Below are positions 1 through 13,355 of a stretch of 64,000 bases of DNA, piece by piece (position 1 is the stretch's first letter; each line of letters opens with the position of its first letter). The DNA is taken from NCBI GenBank assembly GCA_965649765.1, contig OZ287754.1:37448001-37512000 (forward strand), written 5' to 3'. A model generated the notes under the pieces. That model was not told where the DNA came from and did no database searches. It saw only the letters and a list, made by a program, of their open reading frames with translations. This stretch comes from Bispira polyomma. Its lineage: Eukaryota. Position numbers and translations under genes: made by a program.

Positions 1-460
1 ATCTTGAAATTTAATATAGGTTATCTTAAAGTGGGACCCAATTTAAGGTAAATTTAAACATCTACATTTTAATAGGAGTACCTTTTTGGAACTTACTGAC
101 ATACTTAAATGGCTGTTGGGTACAAGGGCTAGGGGAATCCTTATCAATATTATAGGTACTCACTCTTCTGTGAGCTAGTCCTAGACATATTTGATGTGAA
201 ATAAGTATTGCCAGTAACAATCCTCATGCTTAAGCAACTGTCTGCATGTTACTGAACATGTATCTGTAGGTCTAGGTCAATACAATTTTCTTGGAGATTT
301 TTTTTGGCAGGAATTGCTAACTCCAAAACAATATGTAATCACCTGCAAACCCTGCTGTATAGAAATAGATCAACATATGATCGGTAAAAAGTAGTCATCT
401 GGAAAGTTCACAAATAAATTTTATAACACTTATATACATATCTCCTATTGTCTCTCCCAG

Positions 461-511
461 TCAAAGTGTGTTTGTGTAGAGAAGCTACTTGTCCACTTTG
501 CCTTTACCCAG
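461..511 (+). CDS. Putative internal exon of an unidentified plus-strand gene entering from the left (phase 1/1 reading KVCLCREATCPLCLYP)
   Basis: Pyrimidine-rich acceptor tctctcccAG ends at 460 and donor CAG|GTAAGC starts at 512; 51 nt, open Cys-rich frame. No homology recognised. Confidence 0.4.
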
Positions 512-1874
512 GTAAGCAGTCTTATCAAGTGGGCTCATTTCCTGCCTCAATGTCGTCTCCTGTTGGATTTCTACGCCATTATGTAGTTACATGACCAAAG
601 TGGTGCAAAATCCACATAGAAACAGTGACGTAATTGGCAAGTAGTATTCCCCTTCATATAATTCTGCTTTAGAGGATGTTAATCTCTCACTCATTTTCGG
701 CAGTTTAAATGTACATTTTTCCACTCTTCGTGAAATTTGGTGCACTGAATCGAATTTAAAGGTTTTACATCGCATTATGAAAGTGCATCACCTACTGCGA
801 TCTAAAAACGCTCAATTAGGTTAAAATCAGGTGAAAATTAGGTAAATCCAATTTTCCTCAATTTCAGGGGGCTGTATCTCCCATTTTTAGCAACCTAGTT
901 AATGTCTATATTAGGTGATCAATTATAGTCTATATTAAATGTATATATATTTTATAGTGCAGTGTTTTCTATTTTTTTATGTAGTCATCTTACAGGATGG
1001 TTTTCATCATGGCATATTAAAATGTCTAATTTTCAAGCAAAAAAAAAATAATTCCAGGCCAAATCATAATCTGTCAACAACATCAATGACGCCCAAAACT
1101 AAAGGTAGATTGATAAGAGACTATTTGTACAAAGTAAAACTTTATTACCAAGAGAAAAATAACAGTTTAATTAGAACATAAGTTAAAATTTGCAATTGAA
1201 CATGTCAGATCCTAATTCAAATATTTCTTTATACAATGTTTATGTAAACTGTATCTAAATTAAAGGCAAATACTTTATATTTTTTGGCCTTTGGAAATTT
1301 GGAAATAATGTATAAGCAGTAAAAGCATTAAAAGGAGGATTAAAGCAGAATAAGACCACATATAAACTTGGACTCATGCAGAAAAACAGTTAAGAGCCTT
1401 AGTAATCTTACAATATATCAACACTCTTTTTGCATCAGAAAAATGATCGTTAATGTTATTGACAATAATATCAATTTATTATTACACATCAATTTAACAC
1501 GAGAAAAGAAATAATATGAAAAAGAGAGCTATACAAAGCAACATCAAAGTCTACATTGTAAGGTAAGCATATGACAGTCTTATCAATGACCAGTAATGAT
1601 GTGGACAGGGTTTTCTGTCCTTGACAATGCTTTGATTTTTACTAATGTTACGCACAGCGAGGGACAGAGCTGTTACCATTAGCCAAATCATTAAAAAAAC
1701 AGACATGTCAGTTTACATTACAACAGGAAATATCGGAAATATTTTTAAAATAATGATATTTATAAAAATAAGTTTGTATAGGTTGGCCATAAGTTAAAAT
1801 ATTGTGTATGGCTATTGTATTAACCAATTATATAACCACAGACTAACTGAAAAGATGGTACTTTTATTTTGTAG

Positions 1875-1918
1875 GTGCCATGTCAGATTTGGAAACTTTT
1901 GCACATGGTCTAGTGTAG
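1875..1918 (+). CDS. Putative terminal coding exon of the same plus-strand gene (GAMSDLETFAHGLV*)
   Basis: Acceptor cttttattttgtAG ends at 1874; phase matches exon 461-511; TAG at 1916-1918; AATAAA near 2076. Confidence 0.35.
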
Positions 1919-2915
1919 ACTGAGTTCTTTACAGAGTTGTTTACTATACCAAATCGTTGTAAACGTGAAAAGGACATCCGTTGTGATATTTCCTTTATTT
2001 ACCTATGCAGCATGATTTTGAATTCTGACTTCGCTCTTATAATTTAAAATATATCATTGGAGATTGTTTGTATTAAATAAATATTTGTGAATCTTATTCT
2101 GTCAAATTATTCTAATTGAAAAACCCCTGGGTAACCCCACAGGAAGAGATGGTGTGCGCATGCGCCAACAAGTTATCACAAGCAAAAATGGAGTTTGAAT
2201 ATTTAGAGACTAATAATATGTCTCAGTAAAGTTAAAATATCCACGATCGGCATTCACTTACGGTTGTTAAAAATATATTGCCATTTATTTTCAATTCCAT
2301 GTAGTTTTTACAAGTTGATTCTTAAATTTAGGGTGCCATTTGTAGCATTTTCTCTGTCATTTCACATTTACAACGATTTGCTTTGTAAAGAACTCTGTCC
2401 CTTGCCGTAAATACCATCACAAAAATCAAAGCATCGGCGATGGGCAGAAACTCGGTCTTGGTCTAGTTCTGATGGTGCTCCATTGCAAATTTGTTGAAAA
2501 AAAATCTCAACCTTATAACTTGCTCTTAAGGCTAATGAACAATATGGAAGTCCATCTAAATGGAAATAATCGATATCTCTGTCAAATTTAATAGAGAAGG
2601 GCACTGTGGTGTGCTTAGTGATTAAAAGAATCTGCTTTAACATCACTAGCCTCTTACGTTTGAGGACAGTGGTATCTAATCCCCAATGCTTGATTCATGT
2701 GAGAAAGTTTGTAAAGTAGTTGCCGTATGTTGGTAAAGCAGTACTGGCTTCCTCCACCAATAAATATGACCATTAAAATATGACCAAATATGTTGACAGT
2801 GGTATAAAATGGTATTACAGTGGTAATGCAAGGCATAAAACCTAGACTCACTGTCATTTTAAAATGGAACTTGATTGATCTATGTCTATAAGAAATGTTA
2901 GAGACACATAAGATC

Positions 2916-3062
2916 TGGGCTGGAATTCACAAATAGTAGTATTTATAAATTTTGTTTCAAACAATTTGATTGGCTGAAAATATTTTTTGGAAGAATCTGA
3001 TTGGCTGAGACTAACAATTTCTCAGAATTGCATTCTAAAATGTTTCTGATTACAATCCCTGA
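2916..3062. mobile_element. Short MITE (relatives at about 37225-37365, 47258-47308 and 55461-55593)
   Basis: ATTCA(C/T)AAA...TTTGATTGGCTGAAAA core with imperfect inverted ends, recurring in both orientations. Confidence 0.5.
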
Positions 3063-3318
3063 CTTCATATTTCAGTTCTTTACTTGTGACTATTCTATAT
3101 TTAACAATTGAAGATCAAAAGTAAATAATGCACAAACACAGAATTCTGACAGATCCTTTGGTATATGTAAGTATATCTATGGAGAAACCAGTCAGGTATT
3201 CTCCAAAATATGAAATGAATGGTTACAAGTATACAAGGTATTTACTGATAGCCTTCGTTTGAGTTGAGCTGCAGATTTTAGGAGAATATGGCCTCTCGGT
3301 CTTTAATGGAGCTGGGAC

Positions 3319-3427
3319 TTAGATCCTGGAATACAGGCCAAGGAAGCTGTCACAATGGGGACAGGTGTGTTGTATATCTAAACATCTGGGTACACAGAAA
3401 GGGATCAGACAGCAGCCAAAGCAACCT
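3319..3427 (-). CDS. LITAF-like gene, last coding exon (GCFGCCLIPFCVPRCLDIQHTCPHCDSFLGLYSRI*)
   Basis: Acceptor ttttattttAG; HxCxxC knuckle; TAA stop at 3319-3321. Not in the ORF track because it is short. Confidence 0.92.
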
Positions 3428-5173
3428 CTAAAATAAAAAAAGGACAATATCCATTCAGCTCAGCAATAAACAAGATACATTAAGACCAGAAAATTTATCT
3501 AATGTGACCTTTAAGGTCAAATATAGTTTGTTTGTTTTTGTTTTGTTTTTTTGGAGGGGGGGGGGGGGGGTTGACTTCGTTACTCTGCCAAATGAACATT
3601 TTTGGTACAGTTTTATACTAAAATTCCTCTTCTTTTTTTACGAACCTTTTTTATCCAAACAAAATCTCTTCCAGCATTTGTAGATAATAGAGGTTTCACC
3701 GTAGGGCTAACATACATAATGAATTACACAAAACCTATTCACACTCAATTTGCTGGAAGGGTGGGGTTTGGTCCAAGAGAAATTCTGTTTAAATTTTCTA
3801 GTGAATCATTGATGCCCTTCGCCGAGGTATGCTCTTTATTGGGTGGCCTGCTGGTTAATGTTGAACACAAGGACATTGCATTATATGATGACACATTCCT
3901 AAGGCTGTTAAATATCAGACATATTTCTGTTTAATTCCTTGCTTTGAAACTCCTGCCCGTGGCTAAGGATAAGGGCACACATGCATTATTTGCATAGGAA
4001 AATGGCATTAGGTCGAGAGAGTCAAATACAAGTAATTATTGCGATAATGGGATTGCATTCCATGTGAAATAGCATTAAAATGTAGCAATAGCTAGGGTAA
4101 TAGTGATTAGCCCATAAAGTAGAAATCTCAACAATAAATCAGATTTACATTAAAGAATATTCCTTACGGAAATCATTGACATTTCGTGACATCATATGTC
4201 ACATTTTTGTGCAGTGATTACCACTAAAATCAACTTATTTGGGTGGACGTTATGCTATATATCAAGTGGTATGTGTAATATCAAAGTAAAATAATTATAT
4301 ACTGATTGGCATCGTGGTTACTGGCTCTGCACAGTTAGTATTTTTTTATTTTTTTTGGCAAACAAGTAGATTAAGTGAGGCTGTTCCATTACAACAAATA
4401 GGACCCCAGACAACAAAATAATCTTTCTGTTAAATATTGAACTGATTTTAGGGGAGTAGCTTGGATTTTTTAATTAGTACTCCCCAATTTATCCAAATAT
4501 TATGTAATAGATGAGTGAAGGGGGTTGGCTCAATCTGTCATTATTATTTTTTTTTCTTCTTATAATTATATTGGTACGCTTCTACACTATCTACGTCCCT
4601 GTATTTGGAATAAAAGAAAATATAAAATGGAAAAGTGGTATCAAAAAATATTTATCTATGTCAACTGTAGCCAATATTTAATGTTTTTTTTATTTCATAG
4701 TGAGATATAAAGCCCATTAAAGGGACTTGATATCCTGTGTAAATTTTGTTAATCTGAACAATCGTTAAATATTTGTAGAATTTTGTATGTATTGTTGCAT
4801 ATATTGATGTGATACAAGTCACCATAACAAAACAGATAAATGAAAAAAATATTACCCAGTTTTGTCAATATATGGATAAAATTTGATAACATTAATACTA
4901 CACAATAGCATAGGACGAATAAATATTTCAAAATAAACTAAAATTTAAATTTACAAAGTCTGGTTAAATTTTAGTGGCATATTTTTCGCAGGGGAAAACA
5001 ACAGCAGACTGCAGTTGATCAAAAACCTGGGTGAAGGTAGCTGACCCACTTTGGCATATGAAGTCGGATTTTAAGTGTGAGAATCAAGTGATTGTGAAGC
5101 AAATGGTTACTCTTCATAACTACAACAGCCCCCCTCTCCCCCCCCCCCCCCAACACACACCCTTTAAACTTAC

Positions 5174-5372
5174 CCAAGGAAAAATATGACAGTACAGGCA
5201 ATACAGCTAAGTGTACCACCGGCCCCATCTGTGACAGTTTTGACGTCCCTCATGCACACTGGGCAGGTCATCTGTTCTGGTTGCATACCAAAGTGCATCT
5301 TTGTGAACTTGGCAATCACTTCCTCTGCCTTATCGCTGGTGACCGGTTGGACATGTATCACTTTCTTCACTT
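5174..5372 (-). CDS. LITAF-like gene, exon 2 (EVKKVIHVQP...QMTCPVCMRDVKT...IACTVIFFLG)
   Basis: Acceptor gttttccAG, donor GG|GTAAGT; first CxxC of the LITAF domain; lies within ORF 5170..5406. Confidence 0.92.
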
Positions 5373-6569
5373 CTGGAAAACAAAGGAAGCAACATTTAAC
5401 AAACATTTTTAGGATTTAATTTTTAGATTTATTTTGTAGTCTTACCCAATCAGATTCGTTGAAATAATTTAAAAAAAGAAAGAATACATGGACCGTTTTA
5501 ATCAATGGTTCTTAAACTTTAACTGAGGCTAAACTCAAATGTAAATATTCCTAATTAATAGGAATGACCTTCAGTGTCTAACCATTCATATTCAGGAACT
5601 CAGATATGCAATATCATTCTAAATATCTCACAGAGATACAATCAAGAGGGTGGGTTTAAGTTTATTGATTTTTTGCTTCTAGTTAATGCTAACTTCTATG
5701 TATGCCTAAATTCCAATTACTAGTTTGGAATTTGGGACTGGGCAAGTGATTTTCAAATTCGACTTATGGAATATGACTAATGGAAATCAAGGTAATTTGT
5801 TTGACATTACAGACTAAAGACTTAATTTCTGTTACTCATCAAACATGACAACATATTGTTTGTTCTGGTTCGGTCAACTCGGTTGGTTTGTCAGCTGGCT
5901 ATTACAGGCTATTGTTACATCCAATGTGGGGACTATTTCATCAGAAAGGAAATATGCATGTCAGAGGAATATAACAACTAACATCGTGTTTCATAATCAA
6001 AACTCAACAGTGTCACTCTATTATGATTCTGTCTTTTGATTTTTATTGTAGATTAGACCTTGTACAAGGTCCTTTAATGAGGGCATTATGACTTTTACTC
6101 TATATCCCTGTGTGGATTTACATTTAGGATAAAAACACTAGTGCTGACACCTTTTGAATGGAATAGGAACTGTTTAAAATGCAGTCATACAGTGCTTCAC
6201 CAACAGTAAAGACTTGTAAGCAAGTCTAATTGTAGATATTTTACTCATTGTTTCAATAAAATGCTGAAAGATTATTTATAATCTCAGCGTACATTATTTA
6301 AATGCTCAGTTTCAGTTGTTATGTGTACATCATTGTAGTCCAAATATAAAACAAATGCACATCAGGGTAATTACTTATTCACTTGTGCTGTAATGTCGCA
6401 GTTAATATATTTTACATCACAGAGTGCCCATAGAAGCTTTACATCCTTCAAGTAAAAACATTTCTATTATTTAAATAGAGCTTACTGTGAAAGATAATTA
6501 TTCTAAAATATTTTAATTCCTATGGTATAAATATATATGAAAGATTTTAAACAGACCAGAAAGTAACAT

Positions 6570-7105
6570 AACCACCATATAACAATGACATGGTTCTTTC
6601 ACCTTTACCACAACATGTCAGACACTTTGGGCTACTTTCAAAATCACCATATACTACTTGTTACTGCATCCACAACCATTATAGAACAATGTCAGAGAGT
6701 CTTTTCTTTACCAAAACATCTGATACACCTGTAATTTCCTCCAAAACCATCATACAACAGTGATATACACATTTTACCTTTACCAAAACATCTGATACAC
6801 ATGTAATTTCTTCCAAAACTACCATATAACAGTGCTGTACACACCTTACCTTTACCAAAATATCTGATACACCTGTAACTTCCTCCGAAACCATCATACA
6901 ACAGTGAAATACACATCTTACCTTCCCAAAAACATCTAATACACCTGTAACTTCCTCCAAAACTACCATATAACATTGATATACACGTTCACAAAAAACA
7001 TTTGATACACCTGAAACTTCCTCCAAAATCATCATAAAACAGTGATATACACATCTTACCTTTACCACAACATTTGACACACCTATGATTTCCTCCAAAA
7101 GCATC
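6570..7105. repeat. 72-bp minisatellite (about 6-7 copies) made of the end of LITAF exon 1 plus its 5' splice site
   Basis: 24-codon periodicity in ORF 6679..7155; repeated GGAGGAA...GGTAAAG|GTAAG...TGTATATCACTG on the minus strand; copies decay toward 6570. Confidence 0.9.
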
Positions 7106-7510
7106 ATTATCATCATCCTCCTCTTCATCACTTCCTTGCTCTTTTTTCTCTTCACTGTGGTTCACCTCCAGTCCTCCCTTCTTTTCTCTTTTATTTTCCA
7201 GCATGTCTTCCTCAACATCACCTTTTTTGCCATCTTCGGCTATCATCTTTCTGTCTTCGTTTTTGCTGATCATTTTCTGCTGAACCAGTATGGCTATATC
7301 CCAGTCGCTTGTTTCGTACAATCCTCTGTCTTCTTCGGCTATCCAGAGGAATGGCTGATCTGATTTTGGAGATTCTGTATAGTTAATGTCAGTCTTTTGC
7401 AGTAGTTTATCACAAATAAACAGCTTTGGAGTGGCTGGGTTGGCTAACTTTTTTTTGAACGATCTATCCACTGTGCTGTGTTTAACATTTTTGAAGCTCA
7501 TATTGTTCAT
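7060..7510 (-). CDS. LITAF-like gene, first coding exon; charged/acidic N-terminal region
   Basis: ATG at 7510 (alternative 7501) in ORF 6989..7543; donor AAAG|GTAAGA at 7059; phase 1 joins exon 2 (G+AA=Glu). True 5' end uncertain. Confidence 0.75.
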
Positions 7511-10095
7511 TATTTGTGTACAAATGTCAAAAAGTACATACAAATGTATTTCACAATGACAAAAAGTGTAACAGTAAAGTAAAATTGTTCCTCAGTAATG
7601 GTAATATGTATTGTGTATTATGTCAAGTATCTATTTGTGACAGAAAAATCCCGTCTTCATTTACACTGTCTCAAAAAACACTTTCTACATGGATGTGTCT
7701 GAATTAAACTGTAAATATACATTTCAAACGTAAGTATGGAATTATTAAGGAAAATGTATCCTCCATTGTCTTAATTTCTTGGAAAATTAGTTTATCTATA
7801 TTAATTACTGAGGGATGACAGTGTTACCAAATTAAATACTGGTAGTATATTCCATAAACTCTGGATGTCATTTGAATTTTATCATGTTAAAACTGTACTT
7901 CTGTACATGTATGTATACATGAACAGTTTTGAGCACTTTATCAAAAGGCCCATATCATCACTAGAACAGGAAGACAAATTGCTTTGATTAGTTGGGCCCT
8001 GATATCATTGTATACTAGTAATATCCAATTACTATTATCAGGGTATACTTATTTACAACCAAATTAAAGATTAATAAATAGATCCTTCAAATGGTGTTCT
8101 TCTTTTGAACCCTTTACATGTTAATCACTAGCTAATAAATGATATTGCAAAAATGTTTGTATTAAAGTTGCTGAGTTTTAAAGATAAGATAAAAATAATA
8201 CTGAAACTAATACTTCTAAATCAGAAATATACCAGAAAGCAATGACCATATACAGGTGGTAGAATGTTCACCAAAAGTAACGTTACTTTCATTTCTGTTT
8301 TTCTAATAAATAATAATTTACGATTATTAATAAATTACTTTTAAATGATGTACTGATAGTGGTATTACCACCATTCAATAAAATAAATATCAAAAGAAGC
8401 TTTCTTAATTAACAAAAAAAAACAACATTTTATTGAAAATTTTATTACTATTTGGATTTTGTGGTGGATGAGCACCTCGTGTCACCCGGAATGTGGGTAC
8501 TTGGGCCAAAGGCTCTCGTACACTATTGGCTCTGCATATTGTGTTTGCTACTTTGCTACTGCAATTATTATAAATATACTATGTGAAACTACATGTTAAT
8601 TGTAACAGGTCAGTGTAGTCTTTTACTTATTTTTCCTACACTGTGCCAGCAAAATAATTGTTAAAAAGGAACATTAAAAGATACAAAATTATGTTACTTG
8701 TTAAGCAATTTTGGAAGGTCATGAAACTAAAAAAAATTCTAAAAGTAAATATTCTGTCCTCTAGTAATTACCATAGCACAGTAATATTTTCAGCTGAACG
8801 AATGTTCAGCTAATGATAAATCCTATAGATCAAAGACTAATTTTCACCCAAGTTGATAAGAGACCGTTGTTCAGCAAATAGTATTAAATGGAAGATTATT
8901 CCAATGACGGAAAAACAGAGAAATGTTTAGCCTTCTCTGTCGTCATAGAAAAATAGACCAGTCTATACTATGAAGATTAATAAATGAAGAGGACATTTTA
9001 AAGTAAAATGTGGCTGAAACTATTAAAAGTTTGAAGATAATTTTTGCTATATTCATGTGTAAGGTAGCCCGAAGGGGCTAGCAGGGTCAGTGCTAGTAAG
9101 ACCTTTTATTAAAACCATTCTTGTCCTGGTGACCCCAGAAATGATTGGTGCTAATTAACCCAATTAAGGCAAGAATTCCCGCCATATAGCCTAAAGGGTT
9201 CATTATTAAGCTAAAAGTCAACAAGGCAGGACGCCATTTTTAAATATATACATTTTGTTCCCACCCTCATCCCCTACTTACGCCTGTGTTTCAGCTATAG
9301 CGTCGTCTGGGAGCAAGCTGCGCAAGTTGGGGCTCCTGTTCTTCCACTTTATGCCCTCATGCGCAGGGGGGGGCGGGGGGGGTGCCGGGGCGGGGCTTTG
9401 ACCTGTCAGCAGCATAGCTCGACTGCAGTCTTTCACCTCGGTGCCTCCTTGGGGTCCCTCAGGAGTCCCTCCTTGTTGTCTCCAACCCTTGACTGGTTTA
9501 CCACCAGCCCCCTTAATGGGACCCTCTTTCTCTTATAGCTGCAGCCAGGAGAAGATATAACCTCTTCACAAATTGTATTTCACATTAATGTTTTCAGTAT
9601 TGTATTTCATGATTTAAATGTCAAAGAATGTTGTAAATGCATATGTATAAAAGGGAAAGGCACAGGTTGCCCTCACACAATGAACACGTCTAACCGTTAG
9701 TGTACAGTTTCAGATTGCATGAAACAGTGGTCCATACAAAGGCTCCGTGTCTATCAGCAATCAAGCCTCACTGATCCATCTACTCACAAGATCAAGTGCA
9801 GCAAATACCTTAATGTACAAATTGTAACTCGATTTTGCAACCTCTGCGTATGTAACAAGGGCTGGCATTAGGCTAGCAAGTAAGGCTGAGTAAGTTAGCG
9901 GTACATCACATAAGGATTCATGGGACTTTAAACTAGATGTGCTTTTAGTTTAATTTTTAGTCTTTTAGCTAGAACAGGGTTGCTTTTATTTTTTTTACTT
10001 TACACTCTTTTACACTTTATTCATGTTACTGCTTTACTCTAACTATACTAATGTGTTGTTTTACTTGAAAATATACATAAAATAATATACTCATG

Positions 10096-10350
10096 TTATC
10101 AAGGCTAAGCCCTCCTGTATCACAAACTCAAAACTCAAATAAAATAAAAACTCTATTTAAGGTTACCCTAAACTTAAAACACCATCTTCAAGGCCTTAAA
10201 CTCAAACTTGGCATCTTAAATTAAGATGACCTTATACTCGGAAACTTAATCTCACGTTAGGGTAACCTTAACTTAAAACTTTTAACTTAATCTCAGTTTA
10301 AGCTGTCACTTATGACAACCTTAAACCTGGTGAGCTTAGTCTTCAGTTCT
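10096..10350. mobile_element. MITE-like element with nested inverted repeats
   Basis: TTAAGGTTACCCTAA (about 10157-10171) is the reverse complement of TTAGGGTAACCTTAA (10257-10271); near-palindrome CATCTTAAATTAAGATG; AAGGCTAAG/CTTAGTCTT near the ends. Confidence 0.55.
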
Positions 10351-11224
10351 GTATTAAAGTAGATTAACATAGAATAAACGAATTATCCCAAGGCTATTCT
10401 CTTACTTAGTTATCATCACTTCAAGGTCAAATAGGGCACTGGTATAAAAATCGTCAAAAGATATGAAGCTAACTCCTGATTCCTACATCAATTAGAACAT
10501 GACAAGTATTTATATAACACTAATGGATACCAACATCAGTAAAGGCAAATAGTCTCTTTATTCTTGTTCACTATATTTTCATACAAATATAAATATATAT
10601 CACAATTTCAATATTTTAAGTTATGCACAAAAACACACATTGAACTAAGTTCCTTAAAATGACAAAATTAATTTTTTATTGATATCCAAATCAGATCTGG
10701 CCAAAATTCATATTAATCAGGTAAAAATATATAATAAGAATATAAATTATGAAATCGTCTTTCAAATTACAAACAAAGCAGTGAATACTAAAAAAATAGC
10801 GACAACATTACATATTGCTTTTTTGTTACAGTGCATAATCAATAAAATTGCTATTTTTAAATGTTAAAGTTTTTATTTCCTTTTTAAGTCTTTGTAATTA
10901 TATTGTAATATAATTGTTATTCATATATATTAAAACAAAATAGCAACTAGTTATAGGAAAATATGCATACACTATAGGAAGTATGTAGCGTGTTTCTTTT
11001 TGCATACCATGATCCTAGTGTAGTTTTTTTTTTCTCTCTAAATTATGTTTTATTTATAATTCCACAGTTACCTGTTACTACTGCTTATAACTGTCACTGT
11101 AATCGGCTGTTTCACTGAATAGTCATCTGACTTATTTTATTCGACTCAATATGACATGACAATGCACCCTTGTGATATAAACTATTGATTTATCTTATTG
11201 TGCTGAATATGACATGACAATGCA

Positions 11225-11515
11225 TCCTTGTCAAGTCCAGGTAACGGCCGCTAGTTTCATTTGGTGGCATAACACCCTTAGGCAAGATGTGAACACAAGT
11301 TTGCCTAGTGGCTTGGATGACCACTTAAAATGGCGGTCCTTCGTCACTGAGTAATATCTCCAGTGGCAGATTAAAGATCCTTGAGGACATTGATAAATAG
11401 TCATCCTCAAGCAACTCGGCGCCCATAGTGGCTGCCCATGAGGAAGTGCATTACAAAGGACCCTGTGTTCTGTAAGTGCGCTATAACAAATGTACTATTT
11501 CATTTATTTCATTAA
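11225..11515 (+). mobile_element. tRNA-derived SINE (same family at about 19860-20010 and 29090-29280)
   Basis: Shared core ATAACA(C/T)CCTT.G.CAAGATGTGAACACAAGTTTGCCTAGT...GTCACTGAGTAATATCT; LINE-like 3' end GCGCTATAACAAATG with a short tandem tail. Confidence 0.65.
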
Positions 11516-11539
11516 AACAAATATTCACAGTTTTGGTTC

Positions 11540-12015
11540 CATGTTGAAGCCGTAGTCAGTCACAATACTGCATTACATTGCCACTATATAGGTAGTCATG
11601 ATGTACATGTGTACGGCTGCTGTTCCACATATTGACACAGACAGGAGTAGGTCTTCTATTATCACAATACAGCTGTACTTTGCCATCATACAGGTGGGCA
11701 TGATGCACACTTGTAGTCCTGATGCTCCACTTATTGCCATAATTCAGGTGATCATAATGCACAGTTGTAAGCCTGCTGTTCAACATATTCACGTTATATA
11801 GGCGGTTATGATGCACACTTGTAGGCCTGCTGCTCCACATATTGCCATTATACAGGCGGTCATGATGCACACATGTGAGCTTGCTGCTCTACATACTGAC
11901 ATTATACAGGCGGTCACGATGCACACTTATAGGTCTGCTGCTCCACATACTGACATTATACAGGTGGTCATGATGCACACTTGTAGGCCTGCTGCTCCAC
12001 ATATTGACACAGACA
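11540..12015. repeat. 54-bp minisatellite (about 8 copies) made of the final codons and stop codon of the TIR-TMEM268 gene
   Basis: 18-codon periodicity in ORF 11808..12068; unit TGTCAATATGTGGAGCAGCAGGCCTACAAGTGTGCATCATGA plus 12 nt on the minus strand. Confidence 0.9.
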
Positions 12016-12123
12016 AGGATAGTTCTTCATATGTCTCTGTCGCAATGGTCTGTCTATTTTCTTGGTAATCAAATGTCCTATATACTCCCCACTGCTTTCC
12101 AGTATTAACTCCTCTGCTTTAGT
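11968..12123 (-). CDS. Last coding exon (TKAEELILESSGEYIGHLITKKIDRPLRQRHMKNYPCLCQYVEQQAYKCAS*)
   Basis: Acceptor gttgcattgcAG; TMEM268 C-terminal RH...CxCQ motif; TGA at 11968-11970. Confidence 0.88.
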   Translation of the reverse strand, partial: TKAEELILESSGEYIGHLITKKIDRPLRQRHMKNYPCLCQYVEQQAYKCAS

Positions 12124-12844
12124 CTGCAATGCAACATATTTCACTCTCATTTATGTCGATACAATACAGTCAAACCCCCTGTAAGTAGAATTTGTAATCT
12201 CACCAAAGTATTGCTTTCAAATCTACCGTTAGACAGACTTTTCCAAGTATTTTATTATAATAATTAATTTATTTCAACTCATACTCTGTTTAAAAACAAT
12301 AACATGCCATGAAGAATACAATACTATTTAAATTTGACTTATGTAAAGGACTTCTAACATATGAAACCATTATGACAATCAGCGTAAGTTTTAGTGAATA
12401 AAAATTGTATGTAGTGTCTGGTCAGATAAGTCATAACGCTCTCGAAATATACAATGACTTGAGTAAAAAACAGCATTGATTGGAAAGCCTGCTTAAGTCA
12501 TCTGTCCTCGTTTATTGAGGAAAAATAATAAATAACTGTCAAAAAAAGGTTTTGCTCTACTTGACCGTCAGCTGCATTAGCTCTTAGAATACTACACCAG
12601 AGTAGATCTATACTCTGAGTATGAATGCGAATATGAACACGAATACAAATATATTAACAGACTTGATGTCAATGTACAGTTTTAAGTGGAGAGGACTGTT
12701 GATATTTTGTTTAGTCAAACTCACAGAAAAGAATGCCAGACTGGACCCTATGCTTTATTGATCACTCATACAGAACACCAGACAGGGAATAGTATTCCTT
12801 CTGTCAACAATATAGTGTTGAAGTAAATTACTGGAAAAAGCGTA

Positions 12845-13320
12845 CATGGGTTTAACGGCACTTTTAACATGTTGTATGTCATATTATAATAAGCAGTTCA
12901 CCGGTGAAATATAATCCGATATGGGTAGTTGGCCAAGGTTCTCTGCTGTGCAAACCACCCATCTGTCACCAAGTATACTGCCAACCTAATTTTGTTTGAC
13001 ATACACATCACAGCCGACATTAGAACCCACAACTGCCAGGTGGGAGGCTATCGCTGCATCACCAACCAAGCCCCCCTCGGATGAAATTGTCAACCCACTC
13101 CATCCTACCTCCAGACCTAGTGGTCTGGTGATAAGAATTGTTTCTTTGATATCACGAACCTCTAAACAATGTGGACTTGAATCCAATTTATTGCTCAATG
13201 TTTGTCAGGCTGTACATGCTGTAGGCTAGTGGTTTATAGGGAATTAGCACTAGTTTCCTCTACCGTTAAACCTGGCCATCGTGATATGACCTAAAGCATT
13301 GAAAATGATGTCAAACTCAA
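12845..13320. mobile_element. Two adjacent decayed SINE copies in opposite orientation
   Basis: Similar to SINEs at 46197-46446 and 52915-53135 (CTAGTGGT A-box, GTTTCCTC.ACC...GATATGACC...TTGAAA tail). Confidence 0.5.
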
Positions 13321-13355
13321 CTTAATTAACAAAAACTAATAAAAACAATCCCTAC

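Larger units (their letters stand above)
3319..7510 (-). other. LITAF-domain (zf-LITAF-like) gene, about 252 aa, join(7060..7510,5174..5372,3319..3427)
   Basis: Three exons with GT-AG boundaries and matching phases (1, 2). C-terminal CPVC...hydrophobic helix...CCLIPFC...HTCPHC...LGLY signature of the LITAF/SIMPLE family. Confidence 0.9.

Noticed and set aside
2155-2860. NRF1-like TGCGCATGCGC site and ORFs 2368..2646 and 2654..2857
   Set aside because: No recognisable domain or splice structure; more likely a decayed DNA-transposon remnant between two converging gene ends.
6679-7155. ORFs 6679..7155 and 6692..6976 with repeated Cys/Val-rich peptides
   Set aside because: Translations of the 72-bp minisatellite, not independent genes.
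11556-12068. His/Met-rich repeat ORFs on both strands
   Set aside because: By-products of the 54-bp minisatellite.
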